A DNA stretch of 64,000 nucleotides, from NCBI GenBank assembly GCA_963703285.1, contig OY969807.1, positions 768,001-832,000 on the forward strand, given 5' to 3'. A model generated the notes under the pieces. The model worked only from the letters and a program-made list of their open reading frames with translations, ran no database searches and was not told the origin of the DNA. The translations under genes were made by a program, and so were the position numbers. Source of the stretch: an uncultured Nitrososphaerota archaeon (GTDB lineage Archaea; Thermoproteota; Nitrososphaeria; Nitrososphaerales; Gagatemarchaeaceae). Positions 1-9,945 of the stretch are shown in pieces (position 1 is the stretch's first letter; each line of letters opens with the position of its first letter).

Positions 1-901
1 TCGCGAACAGGCTGTATGCGCCTATCAGTATTGGTCTAGTCTCGCGCTTCTTCCCTAGCACCTCGCCGTAGACGAAGCAAAGCGTCGTCGGCAATAGCAG
101 CATCAGGAACATCTCGAAGATGTCGGTGGCGGGGTTGGGGTTCTGGAACGGGTTGGCGGAGTTTGCGCCGTAGTACCCACCGCCATTCGTGCCCAGCTGC
201 ATGATCGAGACCAAGGACGCGACCGGGCCGATTCGGATGACCTCACCGGCCCCGTTGACGAGCCCTTCGATGGTAGTCGCGTTGACGTAGCCGCTTATGG
301 TCTGCGGGATACCGAGCCAGACCAGGACGATTGAGGCGACCAGGCATAGCGGGATGAGTATCCTGGTGATTGTCCTCACAAAATCGACGTAGAAGTTCCC
401 CATGTCCTTCGAGCCGGCGGTCAACGCTCTGCTGAAGGCAATCGCCACGCAGATGCCCGTCGCCGCTGAGGTGAACTGCAGGAACTGTATGGCCGTCATC
501 TGGCTGAAGTAGGATAGAGCGTACTCGCCGTTGTAGTGCTGGAGGTTGGTGTTGGTGGCGATTGATACTGCTGTATTGAACGCCAGGCTCCACGAGACCC
601 CTTGAAAGTGCATCGGATTGAGCGGGAGTATGTTTTGGTACGTCAGTATCGTGAAGGCGATGGCCATCTGCACGATGTTCACGAACAAGGCAGCGAAGAA
701 GTACTCCCTCCAGCCCATCGTATAGGCTGTGTTCACTCCGGTCAGGCGATAGATGGCGTTCTCGACAGGATTGAGGACCCTGTCAAGACGGCCAGGAGCT
801 CTAGCGAAGACCCGTACGATGTAGGGTGCAAGGCGCCACCCAGCGAGTATTGCTGACCCGAGGATGCCTATTACGTAGAGCAGCTGAATAGCGTCTATCA
901 A
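1..901 (-). CDS. kdpA: Potassium-transporting ATPase subunit A (3' part runs off window)
   Basis: Not in ORF track. Own translation from TTG at 901 gives ...SLAFNTAVSIATNTNLQHYNGE...GNFYVDF...GPVASLVSIMQLGTNGGGYYGANSANPFQNP, hallmark KdpA motifs. Confidence 0.95.
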   Translation of the reverse strand, partial: MIDAIQLLYVIGILGSAILAGWRLAPYIVRVFARAPGRLDRVLNPVENAIYRLTGVNTAYTMGWREYFFAALFVNIVQMAIAFTILTYQNILPLNPMHFQGVSWSLAFNTAVSIATNTNLQHYNGEYALSYFSQMTAIQFLQFTSAATGICVAIAFSRALTAGSKDMGNFYVDFVRTITRILIPLCLVASIVLVWLGIPQTISGYVNATTIEGLVNGAGEVIRIGPVASLVSIMQLGTNGGGYYGANSANPFQNPNPATDIFEMFLMLLLPTTLCFVYGEVLGKKRETRPILIGAYSLFA

Positions 902-963
902 TTATTCCAAGGTTCTTTTTGTCTATGGTCTCCATCACTAAAAATGCTGTCCTGAGATGAAGT

Positions 964-1281
964 CTACTGACGCGGTGCGAGCTTTCTCTCATGCTCGCCA
1001 TTGGTTCTTGGGCCCTTGTGCGCCATGAGGACGACTGAACTCACCGTGCTCTTTACGCCCTTGATCTTCATTATCTTGTTCTTCAGGACATCCCTAAACT
1101 CTTCGATGTCCGCGGAGGAAAGAAGCGTCACGATGTCGAACTCGCCTGTGACCTCGTAGAGTTCTTCGAGATTGTCGAGCTTCTTAAGCGACTGCACCAC
1201 GTCGTCCATGAGAGCGGATTCTACGAAGATGTCAACGAATGCGAGTAGTCGAGCCAATCGATTCACCGAGACTTCGACCAT
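964..1281 (-). CDS. Lrp/AsnC ligand-binding (RAM) domain-only protein
   Basis: ELYEVTGEFDIV...IMKIKGVKSTVSSVVL pattern; no HTH; start may be TTG near 1257. Confidence 0.85.
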   Translation of the reverse strand: MVEVSVNRLARLLAFVDIFVESALMDDVVQSLKKLDNLEELYEVTGEFDIVTLLSSADIEEFRDVLKNKIMKIKGVKSTVSSVVLMAHKGPRTNGEHERKLAPRQ

Positions 1282-1335
1282 CGACGAAGATGCGTTTATA
1301 AGAGTTGCTAGAGTTCTTTTTTACACAATCGCAAC

Positions 1336-1386
1336 AAAAAACATCTGAAGTGTCTTCTGGGGATTCGGCGCGCCAGAGTGATGTTT
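1336..1386 (-). terminator. Possible hairpin plus U-tract downstream of the VKOR operon
   Basis: AAACATC (1339-1345)/GATGTTT (1380-1386) and TCTGG/CCAGA inverted repeats, ending in T6 on the minus strand. Confidence 0.3.
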
Positions 1387-1432
1387 CTGGACTTCGGCCG
1401 AGACGGGCCTTGGGAAATACGACTGAAACTGC

Positions 1433-1873
1433 CTATTCCTGCCTAAGCGCCATGGCCACGCATATCGCGGTCATGAGGTAGTTGAGGACATACAGGCTGA
1501 CGCAGACCGGGCAGACGGCATGGATGACAGCGAGCTCGAGGTACCAGAGGTAGAGCGTGAAGATGTTACCCACCATGAGGAGGGGGACGAAGATGGATGG
1601 GTTGATTCCGCCACGCCTTCGGACGAAGTAGATGCCGAGGGCGAGCAGCAGGGGGAACCAAATCAAGCCGTAGACGAAGAGCGAGAGCCCGCCGTGGGGC
1701 GGGAAGGTCGTGTAGCCGGACCTGAAGACATTCCCGCATGAGAGGAAGTTGTTGACGTTGCATATGGTCGACCCGGGAGCGGAATAGCTCGTCACCTCGT
1801 CGTAGCCGTGATAGATGGCGACAGGGATGTCGATAGCGGCGAGGGTCAGAAACGACTTGGTGAGCCGATCCAT
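1433..1873 (-). CDS. Vitamin K epoxide reductase (VKOR) family membrane protein
   Basis: Start at ATG 1873 (MDRLTK); loop cysteines CNVNNFLSC, conserved Ser, TM helices, C-terminal CPVC. Confidence 0.9.
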   Translation of the reverse strand: MDRLTKSFLTLAAIDIPVAIYHGYDEVTSYSAPGSTICNVNNFLSCGNVFRSGYTTFPPHGGLSLFVYGLIWFPLLLALGIYFVRRRGGINPSIFVPLLMVGNIFTLYLWYLELAVIHAVCPVCVSLYVLNYLMTAICVAMALRQE

Positions 1874-2772
1874 CGAGTCTCTTCTCGTACTTGGGGGAGG
1901 AGGGGCGTTCCCTGCAGGGAAGACGTTCCCGACGCGGGAGTCAGGTAGCCCAGGGTGACGTCTGCGTACGACTGCGAGCAGACCGAGGTTGGCTGACCCC
2001 CGTCGACCTTGCAGATTGCCGTAATGAGCGTGTTGGCGGTCCCGTCCAGCTGCTGTGCGATGTTGTTGTTCGGATTGTTGAGTACCGAGGCTACTGCGGT
2101 CCAGTTCATCCCTCCGATGTCGATGGTAGTCTGGGCGCCGCAGTTCACGGCCCACGAGTTCGCTATATCGACGAACGGAATGCCCCCGCTGCCGCTCGAG
2201 GATCCCCCGCACGAATCGTAGCTGGAGACGAGCGAGGTCTCCACGGAGTTGAGCGTGGTGATGGTGCTCGTAGCCCTGTTGAACTCCTCAATCGGCAGGA
2301 AGGCGATGTACTGGCTGGTGTAGGTCGAGTTGGAGAATGTGAAAGTCGGCGTGTTTGCGTTGATGTCGCCCGAAGACGACTGCATGTACTCTAGGCCACT
2401 GAAGCTCCCGAAGTGAGAGAGCGCGATTATCAGACTCCATCTCTCGACCGCGCAGTAGGGGCAGAAATCGCCCCCTACGTAGAGGACCTCCGGCTTCCCC
2501 CCGACCGTGAGCGCAGGGCCGGTGACGGCGGCGGGAGGAGTCACGCCGCTCGGCACGCCAATCGTGGAGAGCGTGGAGTCGTTGACCCCGGTCATCGCCT
2601 GAAGCACTGAGGTGGAGACGGGTAGGCCGATGTACTTCGCCCCTGGGTCATTCTGGGAGGCCTCGACCACCAGGGTGAGGACCACGACCACCGCGATGAT
2701 CGCGACGACAATGGAGACGGTGACGATGCGCCGATTCCTCTGTTTGGCCCTCTGAGTCGCGCGCCTGCCCAT
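1846..2772 (-). CDS. Membrane-anchored thioredoxin-fold protein, DUF929-like
   Basis: N-terminal TM; [21 protein letters not shown]; GGIPFVD cis-Pro loop; adjacent to VKOR. Confidence 0.85.
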   Translation of the reverse strand: MGRRATQRAKQRNRRIVTVSIVVAIIAVVVVLTLVVEASQNDPGAKYIGLPVSTSVLQAMTGVNDSTLSTIGVPSGVTPPAAVTGPALTVGGKPEVLYVGGDFCPYCAVERWSLIIALSHFGSFSGLEYMQSSSGDINANTPTFTFSNSTYTSQYIAFLPIEEFNRATSTITTLNSVETSLVSSYDSCGGSSSGSGGIPFVDIANSWAVNCGAQTTIDIGGMNWTAVASVLNNPNNNIAQQLDGTANTLITAICKVDGGQPTSVCSQSYADVTLGYLTPASGTSSLQGTPLLPQVREETRWIGSPSRF

Positions 2773-2820
2773 GGAGTATCGTCTAGGCGCCCGTTGGGAG
2801 GTGGATAAAATTGTTTGGCA

Positions 2821-3330
2821 TCAGAAATCCCATAGGTCCACGAAACTATCGGCGGCCACGGTGAGCAGGTTCCTCTCGAAGAGCGTCAAGGCCTCCGCGA
2901 CCCTCTCCTGGTCGCGGACCTCGTAGATCGACCCGGAGCCCAGTGAGGGCGTCCTGGTGACGAGCCCCGTTGCGCACAACAGTTCGATACGCTCGCTCAC
3001 CGTAGACTTGGGCAGACCCGTCGCCTCCGAGATTGACCCGTTCGCTGACCTCCCGTTTGTGACGAGGGCCCTCAGGACCTGTCTCGTCGTCCTGCTATGC
3101 AGCACAGAATAAAGCCCCCGGGCCCTGTCGTCGAACCCGACCGGAAACAGGCGGCAGTAGCCGCCCTGTTCCATCCTGAGAACCTCGCCGTTGCGCTCCA
3201 AGGTATCCACGTGGTACCTGGTGGTGTTGAAGGAGGCCTTGAGCAGCCTCTGTAGCTCCCTCAGGTGTATGCCGGGAAAAAGCGACACGAGCTCCTTCGC
3301 CCTCAGCCTGTTGAGGTTCGTCGAGCTCAT
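2821..3330 (-). CDS. Tandem winged-helix transcriptional regulator (ArsR-like)
   Basis: PGIHLRELQR...TTRYHV and ISEATGLPKSTVS HTH motifs. Confidence 0.85.
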   Translation of the reverse strand: MSSTNLNRLRAKELVSLFPGIHLRELQRLLKASFNTTRYHVDTLERNGEVLRMEQGGYCRLFPVGFDDRARGLYSVLHSRTTRQVLRALVTNGRSANGSISEATGLPKSTVSERIELLCATGLVTRTPSLGSGSIYEVRDQERVAEALTLFERNLLTVAADSFVDLWDF

Positions 3331-3644
3331 GACCTCAACCCCTTCGACGGGATTATTAGAGCTATCGCGAAGCTCACCATCATCAGCAACTCCAGAAAGT
3401 GGACGAGATGGAGATCCACATACGGAATGAGAATCAGCAGCCCGCCGTAGTATAGCTGTTGGTAGAGTGTTACGACCTCATCCATGCACAGAAGCCCAAA
3501 AGCGAGCATCAGGAAGAGATAGCGCTGCCCCCTCCTCCGCACGAAGGCCGCGACCGAGACCCCGAAGAGGCCCACGGAGAACAGTGCGAGGAGCATGTGG
3601 AGGAGGTCGTTCGGTTCCGACGACGTGAGGGGAGAGAACAGCAA
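3327..3644 (-). CDS. Small three-TM membrane protein coupled to the HTH regulator
   Basis: Three hydrophobic segments; ATGA overlap with the regulator start. Confidence 0.75.
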   Translation of the reverse strand: MLFSPLTSSEPNDLLHMLLALFSVGLFGVSVAAFVRRRGQRYLFLMLAFGLLCMDEVVTLYQQLYYGGLLILIPYVDLHLVHFLELLMMVSFAIALIIPSKGLRS

Positions 3645-3978
3645 CCGTCTATTCCACCGATATTTGCCCGAGCGGTCAGATTTAAGAGTGGCGAGTGTTC
3701 GAAGTTTGAGCCATAGAGCTGGCCCGACAAAAGGCCCGAATAGGACTTCGGAGGTCGTATCATGAGGCAGGCACTCTTCAGTTAGCTACAAAGTTTGGGG
3801 AGATGGCCTTCCTTGCATCCCGCGAATGGGGTAAATGGAAGGACTCACAGTTTCTATCGCAATGATCGTCTTCCGTTAACTGACCGAGGCTCGTAGAGGG
3901 CAGCTTCCATAGTATTTTGAGAGCACAATCGAATACGTTCGGGTATAGTCGTATCTACTTGAAGACAAACGTACCCAC

Positions 3979-4736
3979 ATGCCTACAGACAGGAGAGAGA
4001 AGAAAGATTCTGAACTTTCAGCTCGCGCTCAAGGAGAGGGAGCCGAGTCGAAGAGTGATTTGATGACTGGCGTCACGAAGGCCAAGGTCAGAAGAGGACC
4101 CTGCTGAAGGGCACGGCTGCCGCGGCAGCGGTGGTCGGCGTTTCAGCCGTTGCTATGAAGGAGGTGCAGCTCGGACCGTCAAGGGAGCAGTCTTCAACTG
4201 CCATCGGTTCTACTGAACAGCTATCCTCCATTGATTCAGCCCCTCCAGCCCCTCCGTTGGACCCATTCGCTGCCCAGTCGGTGCAGCTTACCGTCAATGG
4301 CACAAGCTACACCGTCTCAGTGGAACCAAGGGACATGCTTGTCAACGTGCTGAGAGAGGATTTGAACCTGATCGGGACCAAACGCCCTTGCAACAGGATG
4401 GAGTGTGGCGCTTGCACCGTCCTGATAAACGGAACGCCAATCAACTCGTGCAACTATCTGGCGACTCGTGCCGTGGGGAAGCAGATTCTTACGATCGAGG
4501 GTACGGACTCTGTCCTCCAAGCTCTCCAAGCCGCTTGGATTACTAACGATGCGTCGCAGTGCGGATATTGTCAACCGGGACAACTGATGACCGCAACGGC
4601 GCTTCTCAAGAGCAACCCATCCCCTACAACGGACGAGATCAAGAGCGCCATGCGCGGAGTTATCTGTCGATGCGGCACCTATCTTAACATTATCGAGGCG
4701 GTTCAGGCGGCCTCTACGAGTTTGGGAGGCGCTTGA
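3979..4736 (+). CDS. Xanthine-oxidase-family 2x[2Fe-2S] subunit with Tat signal (PaoA-like); one frameshift near 4092-4097
   Basis: CNRMECGACT...C and QCGYCQPG...CRCGTY motifs. Upstream frame from ATG 3979 reaches ...KAKVRR and joins RTLLKGTAAAAAVVG with one missing base. Confidence 0.85.
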
Positions 4737-4738
4737 AG

Positions 4739-7052
4739 ATGAGTTTTGCTCTTGTAGGCAATCCGAACGTAACAAGGCGGGACATAGCAGCCAAGACGAC
4801 AGGGAAGGCGGTCTACTCGACCGACATCAACCCGACGCACATAGCGGCGACCACCATGTGGTACATGGGAGCCATAACATCTCCCTATTCCAGAGCCAAG
4901 ATAGTCAGCATTGACACCTCACAGGCAGAGGCAGCCGGATACGTGGCCGTTACCTACGAGGACCTGCCTGAGGGTGCCTTGATTACGGGCGGTTCAATGC
5001 CCGTAACGCCGTTGCCCAGCGATGAAACCAAGTACTCCGGGCAGATCATAGCGGCCGTTGGAGCGCCGTCACCTAAGGAGGTCGACGATGCACTCGACTT
5101 GGTGAAGGTCGTCCTTGAACCACTTCCATACGTGCTCGATCCAGAAGAAGCCATGCAGTCGGGCGCGGTCGAGGTGCAGCCGAACGGCAATCTACCCGGT
5201 GGTGTCGCGCCTACGTACTCGACCGTGCTGGGTGACGCTGACACAGCGATAGCAAACGCAGACGCGGTCGTGACCATGACGCTCGAGACCCAGCACACGC
5301 AGCACTTCGATATGGAGCCCTGGAGTGACGTGATCTGGTGGACGGGTGGAGACCTGTACATCTGGGCCGCCAACAAGGCCCACTCGAGCGCTACCGAAAG
5401 GACCAGCATGTCCAACTACTTCGGGATATCAATCAACAACGTGATCTTCAGGACGGCCCTGGGTGGCGTCGAAGGAGGAGACGCCTTCGGGATGTCGCTC
5501 GGGAACAAGGGCTGCCCCGAAGAGTTCGAGGCCGTGGCAGCGGTGATGGCGCAAAAAGTGGGAGCGCCCATAAAGTACACCCCCACGCGGTACGAGCACG
5601 CCCTTAACACAACTTCGAGATACCCGATAAAGGGCTACGTCACGTTCGCGGGAACGAAGGACGGGACCTTCACGGCGATGAAGGCGGTCCTGTACGAGAA
5701 CGCCGGCGCCGTGGGCTCAGCCAGCGGGAGCGACACCGTGAGCGACTTCGTGCAGGCGTACGTGGTTCCCAACGTGAACATCCAGCTGACATCCGTGAGC
5801 ACCAACGCCACCCACCAGACCCGGAGCCAGCGCGACGTTGGAGAGACGCAGGCCCACTACCTCATGGAGACCGTCGTTGATCAGCTGGCGAAGAAGCTGG
5901 GGATGGACCCGGTTCAGTTCAGACTGCAGAACATGAGGACAGCGGCCACGGCCGTCGACCCGACTACGGGATACAAGTACTCCGGGCTCGGCATGCCCCA
6001 GGCGTTTGTCGGCGCCCAGAACGCCTTCAATTGGAGCTCCATGTGGAAGGGATGGGGCGTTCCCAGTTCGGTATCCGGGACAAAGAGGAGGGGAGTAGGC
6101 GTATCAATCGTGAACTTGACCAAGGGAGCCCCTGGGTCTTGTGTCGGGCAGGTCCAGGTCAACACGAACGGTACCGTGGAATGCATCACGACCTGCGTGG
6201 ACCCGGGATGCGGGGTCAACACGGCACTGCCAATTATAACGGGTGAGCTGTTAGGGCTCACCTCCCTGAGCGGGATAAGCGTGTCGCAAGGGGATTCGAC
6301 GATAGAGTCGACGACCGGTCCTCAACCCAGCGGCAGCCAGGGCACCAGAATCCTTTGGTCTTGCAGCCGTGTCCGCGGTCGCCAACTTGCAGACCCTTTG
6401 GTTCCCGACCGTAGCGGCGAAACTCGCTCCTGGTACGAAGGCCACGAACCTTGCCTTCGGGAACAACACCATCTACGACACGACCAACCCCTCGAACAAG
6501 ATGTCCTTTACGGCGGCTGCAGCTCTGCTCTCGGCGCCGATCAAGGGCATGGGCAACTACACGCTTCCTGCGAAGACGACATACCGGGTCGCTGGAGGGA
6601 AGTTCGTCGAAGTCGAAGTCGACATGGAGACAGCAGACATTCGGGTCGTGAGCTACGCCAGTGGCCTAGACATAGGCAGGGTCATCTTCCCGAAGGGCGC
6701 GGAAAGCCAGGTCAGGAGCGGCATGTACCAGGGCATTGGCCAGACGCTATGGGAAGACTTCTGGTACGACCCGGCCACGGGCGTAATCCTGAACGCGGAC
6801 TTCCTCAATTTCAAAGGTCCGACAATAATGGAGAGCCCGGACACCGCCGTGGCCACATGGGACGAATACGTCGACCCGGTGGGACCGTACGGCGGAAAGG
6901 GCATAGGAGAGCCGTGCCTGTGCGGCTTCGTCTCGGCGATGACCAACGCACTAAGCAACGCGCTCGGGGGCTACGTCTTCACCAAGATTCCCATCGCAAG
7001 GGAGGACGTTGTCGCGGCCATACAATGGATGAATCAGAATGGGGTATCCTAG
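4739..7052 (+). CDS. Xanthine dehydrogenase/aldehyde oxidoreductase molybdopterin-binding subunit; one frameshift near 6350
   Basis: KTTGKAVYSTD, SPYSRAKI, MEP, GMDPVQFR; after the shift EVEVDMETA, GIGQTL, GPYGGKGIGEP (catalytic Glu). Removing one A at ~6350 gives GTRSFGLAAVSAV. Confidence 0.9.
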
Positions 7053-7068
7053 GAGGTGTGGATGAGAG

Positions 7069-8076
7069 ATGAGAACCGAAGTATCTCGATTCGCTCTTAT
7101 TCAGGCCTCAACGGTCGACGACGCGGTCTCGAAGCTGACAAAATACGGCGGCACGGCCGTGGTGATCGCTGGAGGGACGGACGTGGTGCTGAGGAACAAG
7201 AGCAAAATCGCCACGATGATGCCAAGTTACCTGATAGACATATCGGGGCTGAACCTGAGTTACCTCAACTACGACCCGAGCGGTGGCTTCCACATAGGTG
7301 CGACTACGCCGGTAAGCACCGTTGCCAGTGACGCGAATGTGAACAGCGTGGTCCCGGCGCTCGCTCAAGCGGCCTCTGCCGTGGCTACGCCCCAGATACA
7401 GAACCAAGCAACAATCGCCGGAGACATCCTGCAGGAAGTCTGGTGCCCGTACTTTAGAAACAACTTCCAGTGCTGGCGGAACGGAGGCAACATGTGCTAT
7501 GGAGTCGACGGCGACAATCGCTACTATCACAGCCTGTTCGGGGGCAATCTCTGCTATGGCGTCCATGCCAGTGACATCTCGACCGCCCTGTCAGCGCTGG
7601 ACGCTGACGTCACCGTAGCGGGCTCTTCAGGAACGAGAACCGTGTCGATGGATCAGTTGCTGCAGGGCGTAACCATCGTGGACGGCCGGGTCAAGGAGAA
7701 CAGTCTGCGCTACAATGAACTCGTGACAGAGGTCCACATTCCAGCGCCAGCCCCAGGGACGGTGAGCGCATTCTACAAGGTTCAGGAAAGAGGCGGCTTC
7801 GACTTTGCGCTCGCCAGCGCTGCGGTGGTACTGAGCCTCTCCGGCAACACCATCTCCAAGGCAAGGGTCGTTCTGGGAGGAGTGGCCAACAAACCCTACA
7901 GGGCCTCCTCTGCGGAGAGCTACCTAGTGGGTCAGCAACTCGGCGAGACCGTGTACGCAGAAGCGGCAACCAAGGCCCTGTCCGGCGCTACCCCGCTCAC
8001 GACAGGGGTGGGGAACGCGTTCCGGGTCTTCGTAGCACAGGGAGCATTGAAGGCAGCGCTTCGCTCACTCGCGTAG
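7069..8076 (+). CDS. FAD-binding subunit with [4Fe-4S] insertion (PaoB/HcrB type)
   Basis: IAGGTD, QIQNQATIAG, four-Cys insert CPYFR..CWRNGGNMC..CYGVHASD, ARVVLGGVA. Confidence 0.92.
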   Translation: MRTEVSRFALIQASTVDDAVSKLTKYGGTAVVIAGGTDVVLRNKSKIATMMPSYLIDISGLNLSYLNYDPSGGFHIGATTPVSTVASDANVNSVVPALAQAASAVATPQIQNQATIAGDILQEVWCPYFRNNFQCWRNGGNMCYGVDGDNRYYHSLFGGNLCYGVHASDISTALSALDADVTVAGSSGTRTVSMDQLLQGVTIVDGRVKENSLRYNELVTEVHIPAPAPGTVSAFYKVQERGGFDFALASAAVVLSLSGNTISKARVVLGGVANKPYRASSAESYLVGQQLGETVYAEAATKALSGATPLTTGVGNAFRVFVAQGALKAALRSLA

Positions 8077-8103
8077 CGGGCTGATAAGCGTCGGCGAGAA
8101 ACC

Positions 8104-8328
8104 TTGTCCACAGGCGAGACCGCCCTGAGTATTGAAGAGATAAGGTCGAAGTACAGTGATAGGTGGGTCGCGATGACGGTCACCAAGCGAGACAAGAACC
8201 TCCAACCGACCGAAGGGGTGGTCGTCGCCGAGGACATTGACAGGTACAGGCTGCGCCAGAAAGTTGGGAAGTACGAGGACTTGTGCATATTCTTCGCAGG
8301 TGACCCGAAATATCCAGTTCTCTTCTAG
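8104..8328 (+). CDS. Small hypothetical protein, DUF5678-like
   Basis: EEIRSKYSDRWVAM...GVVVAE pattern; precedes aspartyl-protease-like genes. Confidence 0.6.
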   Translation: MSTGETALSIEEIRSKYSDRWVAMTVTKRDKNLQPTEGVVVAEDIDRYRLRQKVGKYEDLCIFFAGDPKYPVLF

Positions 8329-8726
8329 AGGTACCTTTCGCCAGGTCGCCCGGGCTCTTCGCTCGAATCAGGGGAAGAAACAATGCGGTGAGGGAATGCT
8401 ACGCGCTGATAGACTACCAGTCAGACTACTGTATCATGCCCGCCGTGGACGCCTTCAGGCTCGGCTACGCTGAGGCTGCTAAGGGGACCGAGCCGACTTC
8501 GAATCTGCAGAGCGTTATCACCTCCGTCGTGCTCACAGACGCACCGCTGATCAAGGTAGCCGAAGTCGCAATCGGGCCCCTGGCGGTCAAGGACGTCGAG
8601 TTCCTGGCGTTAGACCTGTACCAAGAGGGTCGTTGCGATGTCGTTCTTGGGAGAAACCTCCTTAAGGACTTCCGAATCACCATAGATTCGCCTGCGAAGA
8701 GAATGCAGATTCAGAAGGAGGGGTAG
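8310..8726 (+). CDS. Retropepsin-like (clan AA) protein with degenerate catalytic motif
   Basis: ALIDYQS in place of ALIDTGA; C-terminal DVVLGRNLL..F.ITID. Frame open from 8304; first canonical start GTG 8388. Confidence 0.75.
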   Translation: MSSSLLEVPFARSPGLFARIRGRNNAVRECYALIDYQSDYCIMPAVDAFRLGYAEAAKGTEPTSNLQSVITSVVLTDAPLIKVAEVAIGPLAVKDVEFLALDLYQEGRCDVVLGRNLLKDFRITIDSPAKRMQIQKEG

Positions 8727-8765
8727 CCGGACACGAGAATCAAGTGGAAGGATCCGCTAGTTGTC

Positions 8766-9149
8766 ATGTGCAGAACCTTGGGGAGGAACGGCAAGGCGAG
8801 GGATGTCGGCGCGCTCCTGGATTTCAACTATCACTATTGCTGCATCTCCAGGGATGCCGCGGTGGAACTGGGGTTCCCGGAGGGGGCGAGCACGGCCTCC
8901 AATTATGCAGCCCTCCGCCCTGATTCAGTTCCCACCATAGTGGGAATGCGCGGTATGGAGAAGGGGATCCTGATCACCCTACCCAAGGTGTCATTGGGTC
9001 CGCTCGAGGCCACGGACCTCGAGACAATCGTGTTTGAACTGGGTTTGCCCCCATTGCTCCCGGCTGACATAGTGCTCGGCTACCCCTTCCTGAAGAACTT
9101 CAAGCTCTCTGTAGATTTCAAGAGGGGTTACGTGTCCCTCCTGAAATAG
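8766..9149 (+). CDS. Second retropepsin-like protein with degenerate catalytic motif
   Basis: ALLDFNY; DIVLGYPFLKNFKLSVDF. Same frame as the previous gene, open from 8727. Confidence 0.75.
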   Translation: MCRTLGRNGKARDVGALLDFNYHYCCISRDAAVELGFPEGASTASNYAALRPDSVPTIVGMRGMEKGILITLPKVSLGPLEATDLETIVFELGLPPLLPADIVLGYPFLKNFKLSVDFKRGYVSLLK

Positions 9150-9254
9150 CGTCTAGACGTTTTTGTGCGTAAGAAGGTGCCAAATTCCATGTTACTCAGC
9201 ATAGCGCCCCCAACCAAAATGGATAACCATTAATCCCCTGTGTCAAAACGATGA

Positions 9255-9842
9255 GTGCTTATGTCACGAGCCAGTATCTTCGTAGATCACAACGTCTTTG
9301 AGGAGTTCTCTTCCGAGGCAAAGCGAAAGGAGAGAACCATGTTTGCGTTCGCTAACCAGTCTCTCTCGACCATGTCAAAGATATCAGCAGAGGGCGGAGA
9401 TCCCGCGGACCTCTACAGGCTATGGCATTCCGTCTCCCTGATGAAGCAGATAGACGTTATCACCCTCCCTTCTGACTTCGTCGACGAGATCCTCGCGAGG
9501 ATGTACGCCGAGGACAAGGAGGGTCTGCTTGCTATGTTCACCGCGCTAGGGAGTAACATGGTCGGTATCCTCAAGGCCGGCGCCAAGGACCTGAACGAAC
9601 TCGCGGACCTGGCAAGAGACTTCACCCTGCTGATTCCAATAAAACTGTTCTCCGTTTCCAAGTTGCAAGGCGATGACGTGGTGGAGATCAACATAGTCGG
9701 CGCCGGAAGGAAGATTGAATCAACCGAGTGCTCCTTTGTCTTTCTGCAATCAGTTCTCAACGGTTACGGCTACAACGTAGTCAAGCACGAAATAAACCGG
9801 GGGACGATTATGATGACCGCCTCAAAGAGAAAAACCACATAG
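9255..9842 (+). CDS. Hypothetical protein
   Basis: 195-aa ORF with normal composition in its own intergenic space. Confidence 0.7.
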   Translation: MLMSRASIFVDHNVFEEFSSEAKRKERTMFAFANQSLSTMSKISAEGGDPADLYRLWHSVSLMKQIDVITLPSDFVDEILARMYAEDKEGLLAMFTALGSNMVGILKAGAKDLNELADLARDFTLLIPIKLFSVSKLQGDDVVEINIVGAGRKIESTECSFVFLQSVLNGYGYNVVKHEINRGTIMMTASKRKTT

Positions 9843-9945
9843 CTCGTTTGTTCGCATCAAGACGGTCGCCCACCGGCGGGACCTTTCCAAGCGTCGTAGA
9901 GGTTTGAGGAAGGGTAGGCGATTTTGCGAGTTGCAGGGGAAGGAG

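Noticed and set aside
1874-2212. N-terminal extension of VKOR in the ORF track
   Set aside because: Lies inside the DUF929-like gene in another frame; VKOR similarity starts at ATG 1873.
3807-3842. Hairpin upstream of the molybdoenzyme operon as a Moco-type riboswitch
   Set aside because: Single imperfect stem; the multi-stem consensus is not recognisable.
4739-7052. Aerobic CO dehydrogenase large subunit
   Set aside because: Lacks the AYxCSFR/AYRGAGR loop.
6350-7072. C-terminal ~240 aa of the 779-aa ORF
   Set aside because: Out-of-frame read-through after the frameshift; the real sequence is in the 6369-7052 frame.
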